Assembly: GCA_028534125.1 (NCBI GenBank)
Contig: CM052818.1
Coordinates: 44,704,232 to 44,768,000 of the forward strand
DNA from: Lama glama
Taxonomy: Eukaryota
DNA: 63,769 nucleotides
Direction: 5' to 3'
Shown: positions 13,176 to 26,150 of the stretch, piece by piece
Numbering within the stretch: the stretch's first letter is position 1
Layout: each line of letters starts with the position of its first letter
Made by a program: the position numbers and the translations under genes
The notes under the pieces: generated by a model
Databases searched by the model: none
The model's input: the letters and a program-made list of their open reading frames with translations, nothing else
What the model was told of the DNA's origin: nothing

Positions 13176-13431
13176 AAGAGTATAAGTAACAACCAATTCA
13201 GAACAGTCTAACACAGCCCTCTTTCTTTCTCTGATTAATTCAGTGGATAATTTTATTCCTTGCAACTTTATGGCTGAAACTTATTTCAGTTTAAGCCAAG
13301 AAGGAATGCATGTGCAACTTTCTAAGAGTTCTGTCCTGCTAGACTCAATAGTTTCTACACGGAGCAGAAGAGGAAAGAGTTTCCATTGCTAACATTACCG
13401 CGCAGTCTTTTCGTTTAAAGGCTTCTCCTAC

Positions 13432-13588
13432 CTTCCAGAGCAGAGAGCTGCTGCTCCGCTTCCAGGTACAACTGGGAGAAGACGGGCCTGGGCACCAGGC
13501 TGTTGGAGCGCAGGGAGGCCTCGATGGAGTTGTGCAAGACCTCCTCAAACCGCGTCGTCTTCAGCTGTCCAGCGTAAGAGTTCCCCAT
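13432..13588 (-). CDS. GREB1: GREB1 first coding exon (157 nt CDS part)
   Basis: Reverse complement reads ATG GGG AAC TCT TAC GCT GGA CAG CTG AAG... = [52 protein letters not shown](G), the recognisable GREB1 N-terminus. Strong Kozak context (gagATGG). Donor AG|GTAGGA at 13431, phase 1. Confidence 0.97.
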
Positions 13589-13760
13589 CTCCAGAAGAGA
13601 AGAAGGAGCCTTCTGTTTAAAACGACATTTCAGTTTCGGTTAAGAAGCGTGACCCGAGCACGAAGCCCCCAGGTAGAAAGTAGCCCTTCTGCCAGGAGGG
13701 GAGGGCCGTGTGTCCCCAGCTCAGCCCAGAGAAGGAGAGGGCGGCTCTCAGCTGCAGCTA
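13589..13760 (-). other. GREB1: GREB1 5' UTR part of the first coding exon
   Basis: Minus strand acceptor context ttcctgtaattgcccggCAG|TAG|ctgcag about 170 nt upstream of the ATG. The exon start is 13760 or 13757 and is inferred from the motif. Confidence 0.7.
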
Positions 13761-14304
13761 CTGCCGGGCAATTACAGGAAGTTATATAAGTAACAGCTTT
13801 CTCTAATTCAGCACTCAGAGCGGAGTCAGCACCTCTAAGGATGCTTCACTCAAAATTGGCCCTTCGTCATCTGCAGGTTTCACACACACACACCCCCGCC
13901 CCCAGCTTTTCCCTTCGAGGTGATCCTGCTTTTGAGACCCCAGACCAACGATGCTTTCTTTTCCTTGACCCGCAGAAGAACAGCCCTGAACCACTTTAAG
14001 TGTGTGACAAGGCAACGATCCGTGACAACCAGTCCCCAGACTTCAGGATACAGGACTCGGCCTCCCCTCACCTTCTCAGGAGGAAGGCTGGCAGATTTCC
14101 CAACACCGCCTTTTCTGCTAAAAGGCCAATTATGAACCTTCCCCCGTTAAAGTCTGTTTTAGTTTATTCTGTTTCCTTTGTACAAGTAATGCAGAATTAC
14201 TTCTGGAAATCTGGACATTGCAGAAGAGGGTGGAAAAACAGGAGGAGAATCACTATGTACACCACCCGAGATAACCACTGTGATTTTTTTTTTTTTTTGG
14301 TGGT

Positions 14305-14620
14305 AGCTTAAGATTTAATTCACATACCATCCCATTCACCCACTTAAAGGGTACAATTCAATGATTTTTTTTAGCATATTCACACTGTGGTGCAACCATT
14401 GCACAGTTGATTTTAGAACATTTTCATCACCCGAAAAGGAACCTTGTATCCTTCAGCCATCAGCCCTCAAGACCCGAGTCTTCCAGCCGCTGCTAACTGA
14501 CTTTATGTCCCTAGACACATAATGATGGAATCATACAGTATGTGCTCTTTTGTGACGGCTGCCTTCCGTCAGCATCACGTTTCCACGGTTCCTCTGTGCT
14601 GAGCACGTGTCAGTACTTCC
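14305..14620 (-). mobile_element. Ancient L1 (L1MB-like) 3' fragment
   Basis: aattcacataccatcccattcacccacttaaagggtacaattcaatg...ttttagaacattttcatcaccc...tggaatcatacagtatgtg, characteristic of an antisense L1M 3' end. Confidence 0.75.
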
Positions 14621-17600
14621 CGTGATACTTTGATGTATTCTTTCCAGACTCTTCTGAACTTGGGGACAGAAGGGAGATGGGAGACTGCACCCACCTGGTT
14701 ATAATCACTCTATGATACAATTTTTGATTCTGCTCTTTTCACTTGACAAAAACATTTGACCCAATCTTCTCCCAAATGCTGTCAGAACCATTTCAATGGC
14801 TGCATCACAATCTGTCGAGTGAAAATTCAGATACTTGCTCAGTTAAATCTCTATACTTAGTCCTTCCCAAGAACTGGCATTTAAATTTATATTCCTTCCT
14901 AATGTTTTCTGTTTATTTTCTATTTCATTTAGTTTTTTGTTTATATTTCACTCTTTCTATTTTCTTTTGGTTTAATTGGTTGTACTTTTATCAAACTTCT
15001 TAAGATGACGGCTTTATCATCTTTATTTTCCATTTATTGCTTTAGTAATAAAGATATTTAAGGCACACATTTCCTCTGGGTGCCTCCCGTGCTGTGGCAC
15101 TTAGGTTTACTGTAATGTGTACTCCTTTTCATTTCTTTTTAGACAATTTATGATCTCCCTTTTGAGTCCCTTTTTGATCTAATAATTATCCAGGAAGGTA
15201 TCTTTCATTTCTAAATAGTTAAAATTTGGGGGGAAAAGGGGTCAGCTCATATTACTTCTAATTTTTATGGATAGTTTTATTGGATAATCAAGACTGCAGC
15301 CTTGAAACACTCTCCTTTCAAAATTTGGTAAGTGTTCCTCTTTGACCTGATGGATTTTTACAAATATGCTATCATACGGGAAAAGAGATGAATAAACTGT
15401 CTTCCAGGGACGGAAGTAGATTATTCAATTCTTCTGTATCCTCAAGTATTTTGTGTCTCCTCCACTGCTGGTTTTCAAAGTAGCATCTGACTTAAAAAAT
15501 AGCACAGGATGCCAACCCTGACCCGATCACAGGGCAGTAGCTTCCTGCTTCATTACTGTCTCACCAGCTGTGAGACTGACTTCACATGCCAGGCACCGCC
15601 TCACACATCACTTTGATTTCAGACGCACGTAAGAAAGTCCCCTCGTCCTTGTCCTGGAGGTGGTGCGGCAATTTCAAGATGGGGCCACTGGTGCCCTACG
15701 GAACTCTGGTTTCCCTCCTGAAGGGAACACGGGCTGGTGTCGTTCCGCTGATTTTCTGCCTCTTTCGTAAGGAAGGCCCAGCCTTCCTCCCTCCAACTGG
15801 AAGTAAACGGAAAACATTGAACGCTTCCTGCTCGTGGCAGTAATTCCTGACCACAGGGCCCCCTGGGTCAGCCTTGGCTGCAGCCTGGGGAGATGAGCTC
15901 TTGGGTGGATTGCTCCAGGAATTAGCCCCAACAAAAAGAAAGAGCTCCTGAAAGGGAGAGGTCAGCGGCTGGAGCCACCTAACAGCCCCAGCCGGAGTCA
16001 GAAGAGGCTCCAGGACCCGCTCGGCTGCCTTTTTTCTTGACCCGCTGCCTACCTCAGTACGCAAAAGAGGGATTCCCGGCCACATCTGGGGACCCTTGCA
16101 TGAGTTTCAGTCCAGGGTGGTCCATGTAAAGCTGCCGCCAATTAATAAACATCACAAATGCCTCCGATTTCTATAGATCTTTGAAGAGCTTAGCGCACTC
16201 AGAAAGAAGCTTGAAGCCCAGCTCCTTTCACTTGGGGCCCCTGAAGAATCATGACTTGATGACTGGATGGAAAAAAAAAATGCTTGCTCAGGGCACCCAG
16301 ACCCTCCTTCCCAAGGTCCTGTTCAGCTCACCGGCAGCTGACTGGCACCCTGAGCCCACAGGACTCCACCAGTTAAGGCAGATCAATGCCTGAGGCCGAC
16401 AGAGTGATAAAGAGGAAGAAAGAAAATGAACAGCTTCCAGCTCCCGTGTGCCAGGCACACTCCCTTGCTTAACACACTTAGCAGCCACGTAGGATATCAT
16501 CATGAAGATGGAGAAGTCAAGTACTGGACAGGATAAGTAACCTGAAAGAACTCTTGTTGAAAGAATTGGGAGTTGTGGGGAGGAAGGGAGGGGAGGGGAG
16601 GGAAAGAGAAAAGGAAGGAGGGCGGGAGAAACACAAAAGGGACAACGGCACCGAAGAGTGTTCACACTCAAAAAAAGGAAATGTGATTTTACAACCCTAA
16701 GCAAACATCCAAGCTTTAATAAGCAAATAGTGAGAGAGAAAACTACCTCCCTCTCGAACTAATGATGCATTTGAAATCATAAGGAAATGCTGGAAACTGA
16801 GGATGGGGCAACAGTGCTGAGAACCATGGGATAATGTTGTGGCCCTTTTTGTTAGTTCCGCTGGACCACAAGCCGGCAGTGTGGGAAATTCCAACCTGCA
16901 CACGGCAGTGCTCCTTCCTGCAGACAAGACCACCCGCCTGCCAGGTGAGGAGGATTTGGGATCAGAGGGCAAAGCAGGCTGAGATCCAGGCCCGGCAGGG
17001 GCTCCTTGCCGTGTTAGGATCCCACAGCTGTCAGATGCGGATCTAAAGAATTGGAGAGAGGAGAGCCTAACTCAGGGTCAAACACAAAAGCCTGACCCTT
17101 CCAATGCCTAGTGGAGCCAAGGCAACATGTGTGACAGGCCTCCCAGCGCTGGGCTCTGACCACGCTGGCCCGGTGCACTGCCTCTCTGCTTGACTCCCGC
17201 TGCAGCTCCTCAAGTCTGCACGCTGAGGGGACTCTTTTCACTTCCTAACACCTCCTTCCCTTCTGCCTACAATAGTCAAACCACAGCCTTCACCTTCATG
17301 CACAAGAGCCTGGTGTCGTAGACAGGAGAGAGCATGTGTGACTCACGGGGCCTCGGCATTCTCATCTGTAAAATGGGCACTTTGAAGGCCAGACTGCTCA
17401 TGATGGAAAGTAAGAGACAGAGTGTGTCAAGGTGCCTAGCATAGCACCTGGTGGTCAGTGTATGATCAATAATTTCTAGCTAAACCGGAACATTCATGTG
17501 AAAAGATAAGAATTTCAGATCATATATGACAAAAAAGTGCTATGTTCCCTAAATGTTACAACGTAAGGTAGGGGCAGGAGATGCTGGGGGAATTAGTAAG

Positions 17601-19549
17601 AACCTGGGGAGTCAAAAGAAGCTGGTACTCAAAGTGGGCTGAAAAGAAAGTACAGGATATTTTGGGCCAAAAATTGGGAATAGGATTTGAGAAAGAAATG
17701 AGAGGGTATAAAGGCATGACAGCTCCACGGATACACACGTGCTCTAGAGAAGAAAACAAGTTTGATGAGCAGTGAAGATGGAGTAAAATTGAAACTGAGG
17801 GTACAAATTAGTCACTGTTTAGTAGACAACAGCCCTGAAGCTTCAGAGCTAGGGATTTGTGGTGATAAAGGTGATGTTTTAAGCAGGCCAGTCAGACAGA
17901 AATGTTTGGAATAAAACTGGGGGAAAAACTTGGAGGCAAGAGGCCAGGTGGACACTTTCAATTGGCCTGTTTCTAAGAGTGAAGCACAAAAAATTGCTTG
18001 GAAACCAGTCAGATGGCTAGTGAGCTTCAAAGAAGATAATCAGATGTGAGTCTGTTCCCACAAATCAACCTCAAATATAGCTCCATGTCAGCTCAAATTC
18101 CAGAATTAGTACTTTACTTCCACAGGCCCATCTAACCTTACAAATGCGTATGAACTTGACCAGACAAAGCTGACTGACCCCAGGTGAGCCTGCAGACCAA
18201 GGTGGGCTATCTCAGCATGCTTGTGATGGCTGAGACACCTAGCCCAAGCCATTCTCTTCCCTCGGCACCCATAAATCAAGCTGTTTCCTTTAGAGGACTT
18301 GTCAAGAAAGAGACGTAATCTCTAGGTCGATTTGAAGTTCAATGAGACTAAGTGCAGGACAGAAACTTTAAGGAAGATCAAGGAAAATTACCAGTGCGGA
18401 CAAAGGAAGGAAAATAGGCTTCTGGGGAAACAGGACAGATGGAGTACACACAGTATCTCTGCTCCCTCCAAAACCACGCTAAGATGACAGGAGTATATAG
18501 GTATATACACACAAAGACATGGAGGGGAGAGAAAGCAACAGCAGCCAAGATATGCCAACAAAACTTAGAAGATGCAAAGCAGGAAGTGGTGATACACTTT
18601 GAAAGAGTAAGAACTAAAGCCCAGCCCTGCATATATATCCTGAAAAGACAAAAACTCTCATTCAAAAAGATACAAGCACCATAATGTTCATAGCAGCACT
18701 ATTTATTGCAATGGCTCAGAGAGGTTTGGAGACCTATCTGATGACACACAGCTAGTGCCCCGTCTGAAATTGAAAGCCCATCTCCAAGAATCTCTTCCAT
18801 GAAAAGTAGTGATAAGAAGTTTAAACTAACAGAATTTAAAATCTCAGACATCCTCAGTTTAAGGATTACAAACCTGTACAACCACTACCTTCTAGTGTGT
18901 TTTCTAGTCATGACAAGACACTCCCTAGTTTTACAGAGAGCTACCAGCATCCCTCTGAACTTCCAGAGGGCAGCACTGGGAAGTCAGCCTCACAAGACTA
19001 AAGCACACACACATCCGAAACCAGATGTTCTCCTAGGCTAAACACTCTCGTCAGAACTCTGGGAGCCCATAAAACCCTGCGATTATTCACAGGAGAAGGT
19101 TCTACCTGGACTCACAGAAACGCATGACCGACCCTTATTTAAAGTCCCTACCATAGAACTTATACATACAGTACAGTGTTATATCCAAAGTGAAAAAAAA
19201 AGAATATAAAAACCTCTGTTTATATCTATTTTATCTAAGCACTATGATTTTTCAGCCTATGTTTTATAATGTAAATTATACACAGTATAGACTGCGGTCC
19301 ATGTACACAATCTGTAAATCAATAGACAGATATTTACAAATACATGAGGAGGGACCTGAGTTTGAATGGAAGACAATTTGCTTAGTTTTTATTTTGTGCC
19401 AGCAGTATTGTGGCAAAAGTACTATTACCTTCACTTTGCAGATGAAGAGACTGAGTCTGGGATTTAAAAGCATTTTGTGTCTTTACATCTTTGGTATTTT
19501 TTTTAGCAATAAAAACAAAAAAACCAAGAACATTTTAAGTAATCATCAA

Positions 19550-19730
19550 AATAGTCATCATTTATTAGGGCCACTTTACGTGGATAGTTTTCTTGGTTTA
19601 CGTTCGTCATTTATTTCTTCTTCATCCTGGCTGTAAAATGCACCTAGCACAGTTCTCATTTTATACAGTAGGAAACTGAGGCAGGATGAGATTAAGTGAC
19701 TTGTCCAAGGTCTCACATTTGGGACAATTT
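19550..19730 (-). mobile_element. MIR SINE
   Basis: cattttatacagtaggaaactgaggcaggatgagattaagtgacttgtccaaggtctcaca, the antisense MIR core. Confidence 0.75.
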
Positions 19731-20974
19731 TAGAATGTCCAATAACGACCCGAAGCAAGTGAATCTTCGCTTTCAATGAAGCCAGTGACTTCAGAAAAGG
19801 GAGCGTTTTTTTTTTAGTTTGTTGGGTTTTTTAAAAAATTTTAATGGTGTTCACTTGTCCAAAACTCTTGGTTAGAAGAGGCTCGCCTTAGGTTCTTTCC
19901 TAGAGGAGCTTTATTAAGGGGGGGCTGCCATGGCAAGAAAATACAGGCTCAGTAAATGAAAAGCCCCATTTGAAAAGACACATTTCTAGCCAGAAAAAGC
20001 AAACCAAAAGCATTCTAAGAATGCTACCTGAAGACAGGTCTCCTGGAGGGAGGAGAGCGGGGAGGCTCACCGCTGCTTCAAGCAGGCAAAACAAACAAAC
20101 AGTTTGCCGGCGGCCGGGTGGGCCAGGGCCTGGACAGTGTCCGCCTCTCCGACAGCCTGACTGACCCTTCCCTAGAGATTAAAGCAGGGATTAAATCAGA
20201 CTCCAGCCCTTTCAAAGAAAAATACTCTAGCTCTCGCCTCTCCTCAAAATGACCTTTTCCCTTTTGCTTTCTTTCTTTCTTTTAAGAACAGACTATCAAA
20301 AGTTTTGCCCAAGAGGCAGAAAATCCATTTCACTTACAAGGCTCACCGACACCTCCTGGGGACTCTGTGTCCAGCTCCACGCTGGGCCCACAAGGATTTC
20401 CCTTTCACTTCGCCTTTTATCCGTCAAGGAACGAGGTCCCTCTGCCTAAACCCAGAGTCCCCATCTGTCAACGACAGTTATTGAGTTTCTGCAACGGCTA
20501 AAGCTCACTTCCTAAGATAACACCCAGCTCTTTGCACCCCCAGCTGCTGCACATGGGTCATTTTGTTCAGAAAGTAAAGCCATCCCCTCCTACTGCTGTT
20601 CACCCATCAGACCCAGCTTTCCCCCCTTCCCCACAGGGATCTCGGTTAATTCAGGACCAACCATCATCAACATCCCATTTCCTCCAGACATCCAGAGACA
20701 CACCTTGTTGGCTGGGTCCCTCTGTGTGCGGAGACTGAGGCCAGCCATGTGCTGGGGGCAAGCTCTTCGGTCCTCAGTCATGGTGTCCAGTTAGAGCAAG
20801 ACCAGCAGGACTCTCAGAGAGGGCCTTACAGTCCCTTGGAGTTATAAGGTAATAAACTTCTCAGTAAAGTTGGACTTTACCAACTTTATACAATTTTTCA
20901 AACTTGAGCTTTGCAAAGTGTTCATATTCTGCCTGCGAGGTGGTAAAAAGCATGTCCTTTTTGGAATAAAACCA

Positions 20975-21165
20975 CCAGGGGCTTAGTTTATGGCCGAGCT
21001 TGTTTCAAGCTGTGTGGCCTTGGGTAAGTTACCTAACCTTTCTGAACCTCCATTTCCTCTTTTGTAAAATGAGGATAGTATATGAGCTACCTTCCAGAGT
21101 TGTGATAAGGGCTAAATGAACTAACATACAGAGAGTTGTTGGCAAATAGTAGATGTTAGTAAGTT
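20975..21165 (+). mobile_element. MIR SINE
   Basis: gctgtgtggccttgggtaagttacctaacctttctgaacctccatttcctcttttgtaaaatgagg, the MIR core. Confidence 0.8.
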
Positions 21166-24100
21166 CTAGCTCCTCTCTAAAGTTGGAATTAACTGCTCAC
21201 AATTCTAATTTTCAGATCTTTGCTTAATTTGATTCACTGCACTCCAGGAGCAATAATGAAACTGGCTTCCTTTGGGTGTACATCAGCTGCAGTGTGCCTA
21301 CCCGGGAAGATGCCATGCCCACCCTTCTCATGCCCTGTCCTCTCCAGACTGGAAGCTCTCTGACAGCAGGAACTATTCTAGTCACCCCTTTATTTCCCAT
21401 GGTGCCTGGGACACTGCAGGTGCCGGACAAGGACTCCTACGGGAGGCAGAGGGAGGTGGAAAGGGACAGGGAGAACACCTGTATAAGGTCATAGTGAGGA
21501 CTGCCAAGAAACTGCCAAGAAATGGAGCTCAGTCCTGCCTGAAATCCCCACAGGCAGCCTTGGAAGCCCCAGGTGCACCAAGTGAACACATCCGAGGCTT
21601 CCATTTCGGCCCCCAGGATGTTCCCAGGATGCCGCTGCTGTCACAGTTCGGGGAAGTGTATTAGCCAGTACCTCCCTGCCCCAGGTGTCACCTGAACTCA
21701 CCTGATTGTTTTCCATTCCAAGCAGGGTCAGAAGGGAGCCCTTCCCGCGAGCATCAAAGTACAAGATGTGCACATCTGTTCTTTCCTCGGGAACACATCG
21801 CTGCCCCCTGGGCCCTGTATGTGCCTGTTCACCCTTCAGTTTCAGCCAACGTCCACGGCTCCCTCTTCCATCCCCACCCCCAGGACTTTGCTCGCACCTC
21901 ACTGGGCTCCAGGTTTCTCCCCCTAAAGCCACACAGAGTGTGTCTGTGTCTCCCACCTCCTCGGGGGTTTGACCTTCTGGGTGTAGCAACCAAGCTCACT
22001 CATGCCCCACGGAGCCCAGGATAGTTTCTTTGGAGAGCACATCTGACAAAGGGTCAGGCTGCCGGAGACCCTGTGCCCCCGCACACCCCGGGGCCGCCCC
22101 AGCTCAAAGAGAAGGCGCAGCTGGGTGCCTTCAAGGTCTCAGACCAAGTTCAGATGGCAGAGTGTGTCTTGAGCCACAAATCGACAACTCCAGGCCTGTT
22201 CTCTCCCTCCTCCATGACAAACCAACTTTCCTCTTCCAGATTCATCTCTTTGTCTTAAAATTAAATGCTTAAATAGTCTAATTGGAAGAAGTGACAGAAA
22301 GATTTCACTCCCACTTGGAGCTCAGGGTGAAAGTGAAATATACCAAGTCCTGAAGAAACTCCCAGGCAGGTCGGGAATGCAGGTAAGCAAGGCAGTGTAA
22401 CCGCTGCCTTCGCAGGGATTTAGGCAAGAGGGCAGCTCCTAAGGATACAGGGGAAGGGAGTGGAAGGTCCTCTTAGGTCAGTCTCAGGGTGCCTCCGAGA
22501 AGAGCTGAGTCGAGAATGGTGAGTACAGGTTTCCAGCTGAAAAGAAGAAACTGCATTCGGGCAGAAGGGGGGCAATGCACCCACGTGTGATGGGGGACAC
22601 AGGTCCTTGCAGATACTGGAGCACCGGGGTAGGAGGGCAGCGAGGGCCAGTCTAGACTAAGCCCTGCTAGTGTGGTCATATTTAACCCTGTAGAGCCTGG
22701 CAAGGACCTCAAGCAGCCAGGATCAGACTATAGTGAGAGATTAATTAGGCTTTCTAAGGAGAAATATAGAAGAATATTGCAATGTACTGCTACTCAATAT
22801 ACTGCACAGAGACTGGCTCTATGTGGAGGCTGAAGGAGGCGGGAGGTGGGGCTTTAGAAAGAGGAGGAAGTCAGTGGTGTCACCATCCCAATGCAGAAGA
22901 CAGGGGCCGCGGGGGGTCTGAGGAGCCCCTCCAGCACGGTCTTGCTTGCTGTCTGCTCCCTCACAAGGAGCCCTCCCTCATGCAGAGCCCCGCGTGGTCT
23001 GGGATCCACTTGTCTTTGTCCTCTGTCTCCTCTCAGCCTCGCCTGGAGAGCTGACTATGGCAAAGAAGAAAGTGGCCGTGCCTGGAGTCAAAGCTGGAGT
23101 TCAAGTCCACGAGAGAGAAAACCCGTCCATGGAGCCCGCCCGGCCTCTCTTCCCCTCCCTTTGCTATCTGCCTCCATTCTGAATCACATCCAAAACACAC
23201 CTGCGATCCTCAGCCTTTCCAGTCTGTCCCCTTCTACAAGACAGCTTTCCCCCAGAATCCCTGCGGACCTCAGAGCCTCCCAGAAGGTAACCAGCATAGC
23301 CCCCACCCAGAGTCTGAACAGAACACCCCAAACTCCAGCTCGGATCTGCGTTGCCACTAGTCCCCGTCCCTTCCTCCTCCAACGTCCCTACAGCAAAACT
23401 GAAGAATCTTTCGGCCAACACACAAGTATGGTGACTTATTTCTGATGAGCCCAAAGTTTTGGAAACAAAGCAAATGCCTCTGAGGACCTCCAACCTTCCA
23501 AGTTCCTTCTGTAATTCCCCGCAGCATGGTGGACCCTCCTGTAAGAGCGATGGGAATGAGGCTCTGCTGGTGGAGGAGGAGTCAGCCCTGAATATATGAT
23601 ATGGCCATAAACACATTCAGACTGCAGGACGCTCTCCTATAAACTCTTTGACGGTCCCCCTGGCAGGAAACAGCATTCTAATGTAGATTTCTCCGATTTT
23701 CCTTGGAGGAACTCATAAACTCCACAGGTGTTGGTGAAGGAAGAAAGGCAGAGCTGAGGGCTTGACTTTTGTCTAATCTGCTGGTCTCTCCAACAGGGAC
23801 TGTCCTGCCCACAGCCACCACCCAGACATCTGTCCACAGAAGGTCAGGTGGCACTTCCTCTGAGACCATCATTAAGCTCTCTCGAATGGAACCACGGAAC
23901 AAGCAGCAATGTCCCCACCCCCGGCTGCAGGGAGAACTGAACGGGAGAGAAGCACCTTCAGAATAAAGCCAGGCAAGAATTTCAGGGAAGAAGAAACTAT
24001 TCAAAAACTTCCCTCCAGAACCCATCAGGCAGGATCCAAAGTGCTGTACATCTTCTTAGCGTATCATTTATAATTAGACTCGCTGCTGCTTTTGTGTCAA

Positions 24101-25537
24101 ACTTGTGCAAAGCTAATTATTTCCCACCCCTTTTTCCAACAGCAAAAATTAGGAAACAAATTCATTAAGTGGATTCACTCAACTTACTGCTCCCCTGGGC
24201 TTAAGTGAAAAGGCAAAAAAAAAAAAAAAAAGCTCTGCATTATTTTGCTTAATCCAGGCCAATGCCATCTTTATAATAAGCAAAATAGCCAGGACCAACC
24301 TCTCCAACCCCCAGAGCAGGTGCCGCTCCTGAAGTCGAACACACCGTACCTTATGAGAAGCCGGTCATTTCAGGATTTCAGGCAGCCCAGGAATCAACCG
24401 GCCAGGAGCAGGCTGAGCCCAGCAGAGGGGGAGCGCTGGCCGGGGCTCCCGCCTCCGGGGCTGTGCCTTTGATCGTGCGGGGAGCCCTTAATGCCCCAGA
24501 GAACAGTGCCAACTGCTCGGTCGACCTGACACCCTGGTTCCCCAGCCCCTGCCTGGGGAGGCAGAGGCAGCCAAGCCAGCCAGGGGAAAGGTTTCAAAGG
24601 CAGTATCTGCTCCCAGGGCTACAACAACAATCAGGGAAAAAAAAAAAAAAGAATCCCAGTAGCAGACTTTCCAAGTTGCGCTCCATCTGCCCCAGGCTCC
24701 CACTGGGTCAGATGGCAAATGCCACAGTTTTCCGCCTCCTTCGCACTGAAGTATTTTGCTGGGTCAGAGTGCTCTTTATGCAGGTACATACCAGTCTGTC
24801 AGTCTAACCACCGGCAGTTAAACCGAGCCTTTTCAAACATGCAAGTTTTGTACTTGGCATGGAACCACGTCCTCTTGCGCAGAAAACAAAGGGTCAGGGA
24901 AGAGCACGGGCTTCGCCACGGGGACCGGGCAGCCCGGTGTGTCACCGGAGGGCAGAGCGCACAGGTGGCGCTGACCCAGGGAAGCACGTGCCCCTTCAAA
25001 TAACCGCCTCCGTGAATAGAAAGGAACACACCCCAGCAAGGAGCACTCCCCTGAGGGTTGCAGAGGCTCATTCTTAACCTTCTTGTAAGTAAGTCATCAA
25101 ACTTGTCCAGAGCTTCCGACATATTCTGTTGCAAGTAACGCCTGGAAACCCAGGAATCCTGCTCAAGTCCTGACTGAAAAAGGAAAGAAAAGAAATAATG
25201 GGAGGCCCCCTCATGTGTGCTAAGTCCCTTTCACTTTGATTTTTATCTTCTTTCCGGGGTCTTCTATTTGCCTGCCAAGATGACTTGGATAGGACCCAGG
25301 GGGGTTCCACGTCACCTACCTTTTGTGACAAAGGCCAAAGAGCTAGATCATTCTTGTTGGCGCAATAGTCAACAAAGATTCTTCTTGTTTCAAGGCCCAG
25401 TCCCCAAAATGCACCAAGCACTACAGGGTGGGAGAGCCCCGCGTTCTGGACCTGTTCCTTCCCCTGCTGAGCCACAGCTCCCTGGCAAGGACCAGTGGAG
25501 ACCCCACCTGTCCCCACACCTTCACAGATGGGCAGGG

Positions 25538-25555
25538 TGGCGCCCCCTGGTGGCT
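25538..25555 (-). promoter_or_regulatory. CTCF binding motif (perfect core)
   Basis: Plus strand tggcgccccctggtggct = minus strand AGCCACCAGGGGGCGCCA, an exact match to the CTCF core CCACCAGGGGGCGC. Confidence 0.75.
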
Positions 25556-25959
25556 CTGCTTTAGCAAGGCTCTGGGAGTCAAAGTAAAGCCTGGCACTGT
25601 GGCTTCACTCATGTGGGCTGTGGGGAGCAAATCGGGTCTGCAAAGGACCCGTGAAGACCGGAGAGGAGGTGACAGTGGGTGCAGTGCCTACTGCCTGCTG
25701 CCACTCAGAGCACATCTGGAACGGTGGGAAAGTGGACACCACAGAGATGTCCAACAGGAAAGGAAGGCTTAATCAGCCTCCAATATCCCAGGCAAGGAAG
25801 CTATGTGCATCAAGTTTTTAAATGATACAGATATACTTAGGACTTAACAGGCAGCAAGAAAAAGATTTTAAATTGTTATAGAATTACAAACACATGCATA
25901 TACATATATGTAATATAATGTATATGATACTCTATTATATATAGAGAGAAAACAGCAGA

Positions 25960-26150
25960 GTTTTTAAGAGGATGGGCTCTGGCCCAGGCTTGGGTTTGAA
26001 TCCTGATTTACTGGATTAGACTCTGAGCAACTGACTTAACCTTTATGTGCCTCGGTTTCCCAAGTCTGAAAAAGGGGATCAAGTACCTGTTTTTTAGGGT
26101 TGGTGTGTGGATTCCATGAATGAATATGCAGAGGCTGCTTAGAACAGGGG
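25960..26150 (+). mobile_element. MIR SINE
   Basis: gggtttgaatcctg...ctgagcaactgacttaacctttatgtgcctcggtttcc, the MIR core. Confidence 0.75.

Noticed and set aside
13345..13548. Minus-strand [12 protein letters not shown]...
   Set aside because: Wrong reading frame over the true GREB1 exon. The real frame starts at ATG 13588.
20556..24775. Several two-mismatch ERE-like sequences (e.g. 20556, 21488, 22052, 24762)
   Set aside because: Two-mismatch matches are expected many times by chance in 64 kb.
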